Source: Eledone cirrhosa
Lineage: Eukaryota
Assembly: GCA_964016885.1 (NCBI GenBank)
Contig: OZ024754.1
Span: 6,262,001 to 6,326,000 of the forward strand
Reading direction: 5' to 3'
DNA length: 64,000 bases
Shown piece after piece: positions 14,570 to 29,037 of this stretch; position 1 is the stretch's first letter, and the number at the start of each line of letters is the position of its first letter. Below the pieces are notes generated by a model, which was not told the origin of the DNA, made no database searches, and was given only the letters and a program-made list of their open reading frames with translations. The position numbers were made by a program, and so were the translations under genes.

Positions 14570-16135
14570 ATGTCACACCTACAACTCCATATCTCTATGT
14601 CACACCTACAACTCCATGTCAGTATGTCACACCTACAACTCCATGTCAGTATGTCACACCTACAACTCCATGTCAGTATGTCACACCTACAACTCCATGT
14701 CAGTATGTCACACCTACAACTCCATGTCAGTATGTCACACCTACAACTCCATGTCAGTATGTCACACCTACAACTCCATGTCAGTATGTCACACCTACAA
14801 CTCCATGTCAGTATGTCACACCTACAACTCCATGTCTCTATGTCACACCTACAACTCCATGTCTCTATGTCACACCTACAACTCCATGTCTCTATGTCAC
14901 ACCTACAACTCCATGTCTCTATGTCACACCTACAACTCCATGTCTCTATGTCACACCTACAACTCCATGTCTCTATGTCACACCTACAACTCCATGTCTG
15001 TCACATCTACAACTCCATGTCTGTCACATCTACAACTCCATGTCTATGTCACATCTACAACTCCATGTCTATGTCACATCTACAACTCCATGTCTATGTC
15101 ACATCTACAACTCCATGTCTCTGTCACATCTACAACTCCATGTCTCTGTCACATCTACAACTCCATGTCTCTGTCACATCTACAACTCCATGTCTCTGTC
15201 ACATCTACAACTCCATGTCTCTGTCACATCTACAACTCCATGTCTCTGTCACATCTACAACTCCATGTCTCTGTCACATCTACAACTCCATGTCTGTCAC
15301 ATCTACAACTCCATGTCTATGTCACATCTACAACTCCATGTCCCTGTCACATCTACAACCCCATGTCCCTGTCACATCTACAACCCCATGTCCCTGTCAC
15401 ATCTACAACCCCATGTCCCTGTCACATCTACAACTCCATGTCTCTGTCACATCTACAACTCCATGTCTCTGTCACATCTACAACTCCATGTCTCTGTCAC
15501 ATCTACAACTCCATGTCTCTGTCACATCTTCAACTCCATGTCAGTATGTCACATCTACAACTCCATGTCTCTGTCACATCTACAACTCCATGTCTCTGTC
15601 ACATCTACAACTCCATGTCTCTGTCACATCTACAACTCCATGTCTCTGTCACATCTACAACTCCATGTCTCTGTCACATCTACAACTCCATGTCTCTGTC
15701 ACATCTTCAACTCCATGTCAGTATGTCACATCTACAACTCTATGTCACATCTACAACTCCATGTCACACCTACAACTCCATGTCACACCTACAACTCCAT
15801 GTCTCTATGTCACACCTACAACTCCATGTCACACCTACAACTCCATGTCTATGTCACACCTATAACTCCATGTCTCTGTCACATCTACAACTCCATGTCA
15901 GTATGTCACATCTACAACTCCATGTCAGTATGTCACATCTACAACTCCATGTCAGTATGTCACATCTACAACTCCATGTCAGTATGTCACATCTACAACT
16001 CCATGTCAGTATGTCACATCTACAACTCCATGTCAGTATGTCACATCTACAACTCCATGTCACACCTACAACTCCATGTCACACCTACAACTCCATGTCA
16101 CACCTACAACTCCATGTCTCTATGTCACATCTACT
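14570..16135. repeat. 19-27-bp minisatellite (ATGTCACA[C/T]CTACAACTCC core)
   Basis: Dozens of tandem units in blocks of variants. Explains the 449/552/371-aa ORFs. Confidence 0.95.
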
Positions 16136-18590
16136 ACATACACAGAATAAAGTAGTCCTACAACATAGCCTCCACTTACAAAGATGGTGTGATCATAACT
16201 GGAATGACCTTTGCTCTATCAGGGTTGACCTGGAACTAAACCATTTAGTCTACATGACTACTACACAGTTTTAAGGCAACTGTTCCAATTTGTATATAAC
16301 TCTTTCATTACACTATTTCTAATGAAATAGTTTGTGTTAATTAACTAATGAAGAATTTGGGAAAGGTTTAATAAAAGTAAAACTTCATTAAGATGGTAAT
16401 TACAACATAAAATTATGCTGGAAGGTTTCCATTTAAAATGGGTGGTTTTGTTTCATAGAAACAGGCAGTTTTGGTCATGTTGGTATCCAAAATGGAGCTA
16501 AATATTTCACATGGGTCCTATTTTTTTAAAAATCCATATTAGCATTAATTAAAACGAAAAAAAAAAAAAAAACCCTTATTGCTTCCCAACTGTTAATCCA
16601 ATAATTGTTTCTACTTTTGGCACAAGGCCAGCAATTATCCCAGTGTATTACTGGTACTTTATTTTATCGACCCCGTAAGGATGAAAGGCAAAGTTAACCT
16701 CGGCGGGATTTGAACTCAAACCATAAAGGGCCGTAACTCTTTGCTGCAAAGCATGGCGTCCGACCCTCTACCGATACTGCCAATCCAACGATCCAATAAT
16801 GACAATAAATACGATACTGAAGGCCAGTTCCCACACTGGTTGGCTAGCAGAGCAAACTAAAGACAAGCTGATATCAAACTGTATTTGGTATAAATGAAGA
16901 TCTACTAACCCATATCATTATATGTTCATTTTCCTTTTTCAATAGATTTCGTAAACAAACAGTCTGCTTAGAAAATCCATAAGACTTTACTGTCTCTCAT
17001 ACCGGCTGGAAGTGAATCAGTGTTGACGAACACTAACAACTGTGAAATACATATAGACACCGCTCTCGTCCCAATGTCAAGGTAGCTATGATATGATCAC
17101 AGCTTAACCCTTTAGCATTTACAGTACTCTATATTTACTATTGTATTTTCATGGTAAAGGCTTTACCTCACATAATATCAAATCTATGATTCTCACAGTT
17201 TCTATTCAAACTGGTCATAACCGGCTGCTCATACGTCTGTTAAGGTATTGTTCTCAAAATAAATAATATCAAAATCTCAGGTTCAATATTATGCGAGATA
17301 ATTATGTAAGATAAAGCCTTTACCAACCACAAAAATACAATGTATATATATAAAGAGAGTAATGTAAATGTTAAAGGGTTAAAGAGCTCAGAGCTACATA
17401 CAATAAACCAGAGATTAGTCCATTGCATTTCTTTTAGAAATTTATCTAACAGGAAATCTAATGACATATGCTAAATGTCTTTCACACTTGTGGCTTAAAC
17501 AAACCAACACCAATGCTGTGTCTTGCCTAAGACTTTGTTTATTAATAGAAAAACATAATAGCCACTACGCCAATATCCTGGTTGGGAAGTTTTAATAATG
17601 AGACAAGCCATGATAAATCTAAACCAAGTTCACAACCAGAGCAATGGCAAGTTAAAAAGATAAACCTATTCTACACACTGGAAAATATCCAAAAAAGATA
17701 ATATATATTTTAAAATCCTATTATTGAACTACATAAAAATGTCAAGAATGTCACTTCCAAGATAAAAGAAAGGGTGCTGAAAATATAAGCTAACTTGAGG
17801 GACAAAATTTGAAAAATATAATTAACACTTCAGCATTTAAACTGGCTATATCTGTGAAGATGCATGGTTTAGTGGTTAAAGCATTGGGCTTGCAATTGAA
17901 AGGTCGTGAGGTCAATACTCAGACCGGGTGATGCGTTGTGTCCTTGAGCAAGACACTATTTCACGTTGCTCATTTGTGACCGAAAGGGGTCTTCGATCCG
18001 GCCAGAATTCTCTCACCTCTTTCTGTTCAAACCAACCGAAACCGGCCGCCCATACTTAAGGTATTGTTTTCTAAATAAATAAAATCTCATAGATTCGATA
18101 TCATATGAGATAAAGTGTTTACTACGAAAATACAATAGTAAATATCGAGTTATGTAAAAGCTAAAGGGTTAAAATATGATATATTGTCAAAATATGATAT
18201 ATTTACTCTTGCCTCAAGTGGGAAAACCCCCGTCCAAACCCATGCAAGCGTGGAACACGGACGCTAAACCCGATGATGATGATGATTGTCAATAATTACA
18301 AGAAACTGAAAACTGAGGGGAAAGTAATTCAAATTTCTTTTTAACTCATATTACCATAGATATGTGGATATACTATGTGCTGACACGGGAGGAAATTTAA
18401 CGGATCTTAGAGTGATTATGCTAGATTGAGACAAACGGAAAGAGTACTGTTCATTGGATGAAGGAAACTCGACTCGTGAGTGAGATTTTGGTTATATTTC
18501 ATAAGGCTATGACTGATATTTTAACAGAGACATCCAACCTATTATTAACTCTTTTCATACTAAACTATCCAAGAAGCCTCTTGTTCTATG

Positions 18591-18622
<32 letters not shown>

Positions 18623-20330
18623 CTATTTTAAAACGCCTGTATTTAAATTGAAATCTATTGTAGATTTATGTAAGAACCTTTTGTTACCACATGTGCCAAA
18701 AACGAACTTGATAATGAAAATCTAATTCTATTAAATTCATCCAAATTATTTTCGAAATTAATTAAAACACACAGGCTGTGTATTTCATGAGAGGTATGGT
18801 AATGAAAAAGTTAATCAATATGATGGAATATTTTATACCTAGGGATACAAATGAAATAAAACAAACCAACAAGTATGCCTCAAGGCAGTTACACGATATG
18901 CTAGAAACAGTAGCCTCAGATCTCACCCTATCATCTTAAAGAAATGACACATTGGACAATTTAGTTCCTGATATACAAAACGACTATCGTCATGGTTGGA
19001 ATGATTTTGATTATAAATGCTAGATAAAAGCTGACCTGGAACTAAACAACAACCAAGCACTGTACTCTGGGAATCTCAAAAATGTAAAATCAAATGGAAC
19101 TTATCTGTTCTCATTCAAGAGGACAAAACAAAAATGAGAATTCTGATGAGAAATGAAAAGAAAGAACCACTAGGTACTTGTGCAGATGTTAGAGCTACAA
19201 TTTCCAGGCAAAATGTAGAATGCAAGCGACAAAATCGTGTTGATAAGGTATGATGTGTATGGAAGATGAAGTGCCAATAACACTGAGTAAATGGTTGCAG
19301 AAGTAGAGGAAGACCACCAAGGAAAAACCTGAGCAGACAGGGTGAAAGCTTATCTTAGAAAACTGAACTTCACAGTGGGGAGGACAAAAGAATGCGACAA
19401 GTGGAAGACAGCTGTGCTAGATAAGAATACTTCAACCCATGCAAGTATGGAAAAAGAAAGTAGCTGTAAAAATGGTTTTCAATATACTATATACTTTTAA
19501 TTGCAGTTTTGTAAGCCACTACTTCTCTGAATTGAGAGATCACAGCTCCAATACTATGGGCATGTGGTTAAAATGTCTCAAGAAATTGCTGGACAGATTT
19601 TATGGACAAAACCAACTGGCAGGAGACCCAAGTGTAGACCCTGAGCAAGATGGCTGGTTACGCTAGAAGTTCTAGCCAAATCAGCTGGAGATGGTTGCTT
19701 CTGACATGACCCGCTGGAAGGAGTGTTTGAAGACTGACCCCACAACCTTCTCAGGAATAAGTAGGCAAAGAAGTTTTCTAAGCCCAGTAGGTAAGTTGCA
19801 TGCTTGTTTCATGGAAAAAGAAAATGTGACTTATTAGTATACATAATTACAAAGCACCTACAGTTGACTAGCAATAAAGATTGAAACGAGCACATCAAGT
19901 AGGGAGTTAATACAGCAAAGAAGAATATAAAAGACGGGGAAGAAAACAAAAGCTGTACTGAACAATGGCATTAAACCTTTTTATATCAATCAATGAAGGT
20001 GCGTGGCTGAGTGGTTAGAGAGTTGGATTAACAATCGTGAGGTTGTGAGTTCAATTCTCGGACCAGGTGATGTGTTGTGTCCTTGAGCAAGACACTTTAT
20101 TTCACGTTCCTTCTGGTAAATAGTATCAGCAGTGGAAAGATAATGGAAACATTGTTTCCTTGGTCTGATTTGATGAGGTCCACCCCACTCAGCAAGCAAA
20201 TGAGGTCTGGGATCTTGTCAATCAATCAGAACGATATCAATTAGGCCAAAAAAAGGTTCTGGTTCTACAAAACAAAACTATCTTTTTTAAAGGGTACCAA
20301 TTTAAACTAATATCTTCCAACATAATTTCA

Positions 20331-20848
20331 TTAACCCTTTAATGTTCAAACCGGCCAAAACCAGCCAGAATCTCTACCTCTTTCTGTTGAAACTGGCTAT
20401 ATAACTGGTCGCTCAAACTGATATTAAGGGATTGTTCTCAAAATAAATACTTTCAAATTTTCATAGATTCGATATTATGTGAGATAATTATGTGAGATAA
20501 AGCCTTTACCATGAAAATACAATAGAGTAATGTGAATGCTAAACGGTTAAGAAATTACAATATGATAAATTACTATCTTAATGCAATAATTTTCGTAAAT
20601 ACCATAAAATATTTCATTAATTAACCCTTTAGCATTTACGTTACTCTATATATACTATTGTATTTTTGTGGTAAAAGCTTTATCTTACATAATATCTCAC
20701 ATAATATCGAATCTATGAGATTTTGATGTTATTTATTTTGAGAACAATACTTTAACAGAAGTATGAGTGGCTAGTTACTGCTGGTTTGGACAGAAAGAGG
20801 TGAGAGACTTCTGGCTGGATATGGTCGGTTTAAATGCTAAAGGGTTAA
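20331..20848. mobile_element. two inverted family-A MITEs nested in a family-B MITE
   Basis: Copies at 20331-20550 and 20621-20848. Family-B sequence occupies the flanks and the spacer. Confidence 0.8.
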
Positions 20849-21311
20849 CTGAAATAGAGTGCATTTCATTAGAAACACAGTCAGGAAAGGATTAAGCAAA
20901 AAGAATGTAGCTTGGCATACAGACCTCCAAGAGGAATCTATCTTACAAAGATAGGTGCTTTCTTTCAAAGTTTAATAGATTTCAGGGGAAAGAAGAGAAA
21001 GCTCCCATTAAAATAATACTAAGACAGGAATTCTTTTCAAATTGATATTGTCAAATAAACTAATGTGTAGCTGACTTAATTGCAGCCAACCATTAATGTC
21101 AACACAATGGCAGCATTCAATTCTCATTCTGAGAGAATCTGTTATTTCGTTGCTCTGGAATATTATTTACTCTACAAGAGTCAGCAATTTTTATTGTGAA
21201 AGAAATTTTTTTCTTTCTTTTAAATTAAAAGCAAGCAGCTGAAAAATATGAATTAAGGAGGTAAAGACTTGTAGAGAGTTGTGAAGTCTAAGAAAAGCTA
21301 ATTGTCTTTGA

Positions 21312-21348
<37 letters not shown>

Positions 21349-21526
21349 CTGAAGACAGCATATATATGTGTAGGTATGTATATTCTTTCTGATAGTTTGT
21401 AAAAATTTTACATAGATCTATATGATATGCATACCAACACTAACATATATATCCTAGAAACGATCGTAAAATGATGAATTTTTTAATATAAGGAACTGTT
21501 TCTTTGTTTATTCATTATTTTTATTA

Positions 21527-21576
<50 letters not shown>

Positions 21577-21724
21577 CATCGAAGTTGTAGCCACAATATA
21601 ACAGGTACTAATCAAATTGTTTGAGGCAATCACAAAGCACTCAATGGAGCAAGAAGTTAATACATTATCATCCAAAGTAAACACAAAAATTAAAAAGTGT
21701 GACACCAAGAAAAACGACCGGAAA

Positions 21725-21760
<36 letters not shown>

Positions 21761-21777
21761 ATTGATGTTTACCTTTT

Positions 21778-21813
<36 letters not shown>

Positions 21814-22888
21814 TTTATATATATATATATATAGTCATTTCTGTTTACCTTTTACACACACATATATATATATATGAATTCCAGGTTCAATTGGGGGTAA
21901 CCACAATAAGGTACTCAATACATTAATAGCATGTAAACAACAAATTTAATATAGAAATGGCTTATACAGGACTAAAACTAGACAGTACCAACCCATTTTC
22001 TCTGGTATATTTCACTTGTATATAAATGTATCATTTAAGTTTAAAATTATCATAAAAATCTTAACCATTAAAAAATTTAATGACATCATCATTGTCTAAT
22101 GTCCACTTTACCTGGTGGACCTAGGAGTTTTTAAAAATTCAATAATTTTTTCCCCTAATTGCGTTTATTACAAAATTTGAATCAATTTCTTCATCCCAAA
22201 CTCCTAGGCAACACACACACACACAAATTCATTTCCAACCCAGGTCAGTATGGAAAGTGGACGTATCATATATATAACTACTTTCTCTGCTGACATAGGT
22301 GGAAGCTCTGCTTTATGTCTGAAATAAGCCAATCTTACAAACAGCACCAACTGACGATAGTGCAGGAATCACCAATTCTGCAGACAATTCAATATCTAGA
22401 AAGCTATCTAAACCATAGCAATTACAATCTAACCAAATAAATTTTGTTTAGTAGCAGACCTAGATAGACTCTATTGTAAATAATTGATTTCAGAGAAGAA
22501 TCTATTTTAAACAAACTAGTACCTTTTTTGCTTACATTTTATTTAGTTAAATAACAGTTTCCAATTTAGGCACAAGGCCAGCAATTTAAGTGAAGGGGAA
22601 AGTCGATTAGGTTGAACCAGTACTTGACTGGTACTTTATTCTATCAACCACCTTAACCCTTTAGCATTTAAACTGGCCATATCCGGCCAGAATTCTCTTA
22701 CCTCTTTCGGTTCAAATCGGCTATAACCAGCCAAGGTATTGTTCTCAAAATAAATAACATCAAAATCTCATACATTCAATATTATCTGAGATAATTATGT
22801 AACAAAGCCTTAACACAAAAAATACAATAGTATATATAGAGAAATGTAAATGCTAAAGAGTTAATCCTTTAGCATTTACTCTATATGT

Positions 22889-23231
22889 GGAGGCGCATGG
22901 CTTAGTGGTTAGAGCATGGGGCTTGCAATCGAAAGGTTGCGAGTTCAATTCTCAGACCGGGTGATGTGTTGTTTCTTTGAGCAAGACACTTTATTTCACA
23001 TTGCTCCAGTTTACTCAGCTGTAGAAATGATACGATAGGACTGAGGTCCCTATCATTCCACTGCAAAGTGGTCATGGAGGTGCCACGGCAAAAAAGCACC
23101 CAGCACTCACTGTAAATGAGGTTGGTGTTAGGAAGGGCATCCAGCTGTAGAAATCAAGCCAGAATTGGTTCCTGTCCCACCCTTGCAAGCAGGGAAAAGC
23201 GGACATAAAATGATGATGATGATGATGATGA
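22889..23231 (+). mobile_element. full-length modular tRNA-derived SINE inserted in a family-A MITE
   Basis: A/B-box head (TGGCTTAGTGG, GAGTTCAATTC), CORE-like TTGAGCAAGACACTT, GGAAGGGCATCC (Meta-domain-like), RTE-type tail plus (GAT)n. Confidence 0.82.
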
Positions 23232-26200
23232 TAGTATTGTATTTTTGTGGTTTTATCTCACATAATATCGAGTTTATGAAATTTTTATATTTATTTTGAG
23301 AACAATACCTTAATGTCACTATAAGCAGCCAGTTATGGCCGGTTTAAACAGAAACCGGTGAGAATTCTGGCTGGATATGGCTGGTTTAAATGCGAAAGGG
23401 TTTAGCTAAATAATCAAAAGAAGAGAAACAAGAAAGACTGCTTCCTTCAAAGAAATAAACTTCTACAGTTTCTCATCACCAGTGCAGTACCATAAAGCCA
23501 CAATCCTCTACTACTTATGGTCTGTTGTCATCTCGTGATTAGGTGATAAGCCATGGTTGTCACTGGGATTTGAACCAAAGAATGCTAAGTGCCTTAACAG
23601 ATGGTGCAAAGCATCTCGTCGTCCAACACTATGAATTCTGTCAATCCACCACTATACACTGGTCTGTGAAAGGATGAAAGGCAAAGCTGGTTTTGGTGGA
23701 ATTTGAACTTGCAATGCAATGGAAAGTACCAAAACATATTGCAAAGCATTTCATCCGATAAGACTGAGCCCTTATCATTAGAATGCCTGAGAAACCTTAT
23801 GTAATGCAACATTGGAGAAAACCAGCTAAACCTGCATAGGTGTGAGCTGTAAATATCTTCTTTCACCCCCACCCTCCATGGAAGTCTGTTGCATGTATAT
23901 ATATGTATGTGTGCATGTATCCGTGTTTATGTTCCACGGAGAAAAGCCAGTAACATCTACTGTAACAGCTATTCCATCACACAGGGCTCCTTCCTCAGAC
24001 GAGATGTACTTCACTCGATTTTGTGGAAGAAAACACCAGTTTTATCCTACCTATGCAAACACAGAAAAAGCAGGTGAAAAAAAACGATATGATATGGTAG
24101 TTTATGAATGAAAAGTATACTCTGAAATCCCTATCTAGCCACGCTATTTCTCCCGAACACATTTGAAACCTCAATTGTTTCATAGACATCCAGTTAAATA
24201 TTATTCCTATAGACTATACAGAGAAATTCAAAAAGCAGTTCTGGAGGAATTGACACACTTAACCTATATGATGATTTCTCTGCTAACAATAGTTGACATA
24301 TATGAATAACTTTTTATAGAACATGACTACTGTACCAAAGACACCACTTGCAAATGAATGCTTTGTCTTTTGAGAAGTCGTGCAGAAAATTTCTGTACAC
24401 CAACAGATCAACATTATCCTGCAATGATATGTTTTTTTAAGATAAGTTTCTTGATTCCAATGCTTATAGTGTCTTTACCATCAATTTTTAATGTGATGCA
24501 GTCATAGTGCAGTCATGTAGGCTTCAAGAATAACTAGCTAATGCGGTTTCATATGATACAGAGTGTAAAGAGCTAAATAGAAAATTAAGTACATCATAAA
24601 ACCAGAGGCAGTCTCAGGTGGGTCAGTATCAAAAGTGTTAAGCAAGCTAATGAAATGGGTTTATCCAGAAAGATTTTACAGAACACCAACACACTGGAAA
24701 AAATTACGAAGCAAAACTTATACAGTTCATCTTACAACACTTAAAATGAATTGTGACTTGTAAAAAAGCAACTAAAACCAGTGGTGCAAAGAAAGGCATC
24801 TGGCTGTAAAACATTGCTTCAAAAAGGACCCCATGATGAGTATGAAGCCTGTCAAGAGGCCCAGAAAGATGACCCTTGCTTTAGCAAACAAAATGGCTCA
24901 ATCCTTTCATGACCACAGTTTTAATGAAATACACTCTGTTTTAATTAATTGATGAAGGATTTTAAGGAATTTACTAAAATTATTAATTATTTCATTACTA
25001 AGATTGTGACTTAATGTAAGGTTCTTATATAAAATTATGTTGAAAGATTTTAATTTAAATTGGAAACCTTTAAAATGGGTGGTTTTATAGAATGAGAGCT
25101 GGTTTTGGCTGGGTTGGTAACTAAAGGGTCAGAATGTTTCAGTTGATATACAAGCTGTCATCAAATATAAAGATGAAAATTTGGCTACAAAAATCTACCA
25201 AATCTATGAGGAAAAAACAATATGGCAACAACAAGAATTCATTACAAATATAAAAAGCTCCATTAAAATTGTACATTACCATATAATAGGACATTTTTTC
25301 TCTCCTTTTAAATACATGAATTTAAGATTCTGAAAAAACCTGTTTTAATTTTTCTAACTTAAAAAAACAAAACAAAAAGAGCAAACTGGAAACATTTCTT
25401 TCAGAAAGTAAAAAGTCACAGTAAATATTGTCCCAAACTGTGAATGGGTGGTTTGCTTTATCCTTCATCCATAGAAAGTTATAATAAGGTACCTTCAGAG
25501 TAAGCTTGCTTTACAGGTAAGCTAAACAACTATTACCATATTTCTAATAAAGTAAACTACCTATGAATTTCAAAACATTTGACAATTTGGAGGAGTTTGG
25601 AAATAAACTACCTTTCTCATTGTTAAGCTGGTATTTGGAACGCGAGTTTCTTAGGACCAAGAGGCACTTATAGGTGGTTTGGTATCGAAAGAGTCAAACA
25701 TTTGTACTGATTACTATTTACAGAGAGGCACTGGGCTAGGTGATAAGATATCAGCTGTTCTCCTGATTGGTTGTCTAGCACTGCAATTTAGTCATCACAA
25801 TTAAATATATATATATATATATATATATATAACTAATTAATTATAAAAAAAGATTTCATCATAATTTTACATCCGTTTTTCCATGATTACATGGGTTTTC
25901 ACCAGCATAACAGCTCTTCACTTGTGGCTACATGTTATTTTTGTGAGGTTCAACATCCTGAAATCAGTTTTCACCATATCTGTGTGTTCATGTCTTCCTC
26001 TGCCACAGGTTGATTCTACTATTGTACCATTGCCACCATCTATACACATCATATCACATATCTATACTGGCACAACATCTCTTGTACACTACACCTCATT
26101 TCCCTTACACCTAGTTTTGTGCGAGTGAGTGTCTATGATTCATGTACACTTACATTACACATCCAGCAGAACATGTTCGCTTCATTTCTTTCTAGCCTCC

Positions 26201-28904
26201 ACACCATCTATATTCAATGCCCCTCTCTGGCCACAATGCATGCTTCATATGCAAGTTACATACTATCATTTTAGGTGCACACCATTTTTTAAAAAAAATA
26301 TCCTTACAATATACGTCTTTATACCTAATTTCCTAGGAAAGTAGTTTAATCCTTTAGCATTTACATTACTCTATATTCATGGTAACGGCTTTATCTCACA
26401 TAATATTGAATCTACAAGATTTTGATATCTATTTTGAGAACAATACCTTAACATAAGTAAGAGTGGCTGGTTATGGCTGGTTTGAACAGAAAGAGGTGAA
26501 AGATCTGTGGCCAGATAGAGTGGGTTTAAATGCTAAAGGGTTAACCCATTTGATACCAAACTGCCTAAAACTGCCTCTGGTTCTATAAAACAAATCACTG
26601 TAAAATGTTCATCTAAAAATATCATTCATCATACTTTTATGTAAGAATCTTTAAGATATGTTCCAAACACCAGCTTAATAATGAAAAAGTCATAGTACTA
26701 ATTCCCTTTAAATCCATTATTTTTTCAAATGATTGAAGATTGTAGGCAGGGTTTTTCATTAGAAATATGGTAACAAAAGAGTTAGAAAATTCTTAAAACA
26801 GAATCCTAGAACTCAAGCAAAAGACAACAGCAGTGGGTAGATGGAAGCAAACCAATTGTTATCTGCAAATGAAATAAAACACTTGCTATCTTGTTTCAAC
26901 AAGAAAACAACAGAAGCAATAAGAACTGTGCCTGTATGTATGTATATATGTGTATATGTATATACGTGTGTATGTATATATATATGTGTGTGTGTGTGTA
27001 GCAACATTTCTCAAGTAATAAAGGTTATAGACATACTAATTCATAACAAATGTATCACTAAGTGTGTGTGTGTGTGTGTGTGTGTGTGAGGAGCAGTCTT
27101 TCTCCAGTAATACAAGTTATAAACATACCAATTCATTACAAATATTTTATGCAATTATTATTAAAACAAAGTTGTTTGAAATTTGAAAATGATGCATGCT
27201 TTGGAGTTTTTTTTGTTTTTTTTTTAAGTTTGTAGAAAAGTGTACCGACCAGAGAAAATAATGAAATGTTTTGTAGAATTATATATAAGTTACATATAAT
27301 AAACAAACAGATGTTATAAATAAAATAATATAGCAGTAACAAAGTTGACAATGGTCTCCAGATGACATCCCAATGTCAACAGTTTGTTACAAATAACAAA
27401 CCTGACTTTAAATCCAGAATGTAGCGAAAATATTCCGTGATATGAGTTTAAAAATGGGTTTAGCAACAGGTACATCCATGGAATGGTAAATGTATCCCCA
27501 AACAAAGAAGACAATATCCGTTTTCTGTAACGTCATATCCTTTGAGAATAAAACTGTATCCATGTTAAGAGAAATCAAAATAAAAAAATACAAACAAGGT
27601 TATGGTGAGGTCTTCCGAGCCAGAAAAGATGTAAAAACCTTCAGATTCAGATCAGCAAGAATTAGCAATATTGCAGGCCAAATTCTGACAGAAGAATCAG
27701 CAATAGAGAAAGATGGTAGCTAACCCTTTTCATGCCAACACGTTCTAAACTGCCTCTGGTTCTATGAAACAATCACTCATTTTAACCCTTTAGCATTTAT
27801 ATTTACTTTTATATTTTCATGGTAAAGGCTTTACCGCACATAATATCAAATCTGAGATTCTGATGTTATTCATTAACAGGTATGAAGGCCGGTTATAGCT
27901 AGTTTGAACAGAAGAAGGTGAGAGAATTCTGGCCAGATATGGCTGGTTTCAATGCTAAGGGATTAAATTAAAAACTCCCAACATTATTTTATGTAAGAAC
28001 ATTTGTTATGTTACAAATACTATATCAATGAGAGAAAGTTATTTTACTAAATACCTCCAAATTCTTGATTTATTTTCAAAATAATTCAAAAACCATAGGT
28101 TATGTCTTTCATTAGACATATGGTAACAAAAGGGTTAAATTGAAATGTCAACATCTGAGAGCAACCAATATAAAAACTACATAATATGGAAAAGTTTATA
28201 TTTAATACTGATGGCATTGTTAGAATTGTAATAGCTTTTCAACACAGTTCATATTCTAAACAATATGGACTGAGAATAGAAGAAGAATAAAATTAATGTC
28301 GTAAAAAAAAATATTCCAGAATTTTCAAAGACAAAAACAATTAAGCAAGTTACTTCTATAAACAAAATAAATTTGTTTCATTTACATTTTGGAAGTTTTG
28401 ATACAAAAACAGATTTATACACAATCATCTTTATGTTCACTTTACCAGGCTGACATTGTTTGGACAGGTCACTACAGACTATGTCAGTATTTTAACCCTT
28501 TAGCATTTAAACCAGAATTCTCTCACCTCTTTCTGTTCAAACCAGCTGTAACCAACAACTCATACTGATGTTAAAGTATTGTTCTCAAAATATTATCGAA
28601 ATCTCATAGATTCGATATTATGCGAGACATTTACATGAGGTAAAGCCTTTACCATGAAAATACAATAGTAAATATAGAGTAATGTAAATGGCAATGGGTT
28701 AACCAGAGTTACTAACTTCTCAGGTGGGTTAGGGATCATATCTTGCTTATATAAGGTATTCCTGCACCTTACAGAGTGTATTTCATTGACATCTGCACTA
28801 GGGAGATTGTTATGTCCTTAACACAACAGAAAGGGCCTCTCAATTCTTCCTTTTTCCTAACACCTGTGTATAATATAAGTGTATGGCTGCATGTGTATAT
28901 ATGA

Positions 28905-28943
<39 letters not shown>

Positions 28944-28994
28944 GAACACCACAAATGCTTGTCTGTATGTGTGTGTGTTCAACACCACAAATGC

Positions 28995-29037
<43 letters not shown>

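Noticed and set aside
14516-16274. Long ORFs of 449, 552 and 371 aa
   Set aside because: All three frames are open because the minisatellite unit lacks stops. No domain or splice evidence.
22889-22965. tRNA-like sequence with CTTGCAA loop
   Set aside because: No acceptor stem or terminator, and it continues into a SINE body found in many copies.
27280-27723. Short ORFs in unique-looking sequence
   Set aside because: Stop-interrupted with no recognisable motif, so not supportable as a gene.
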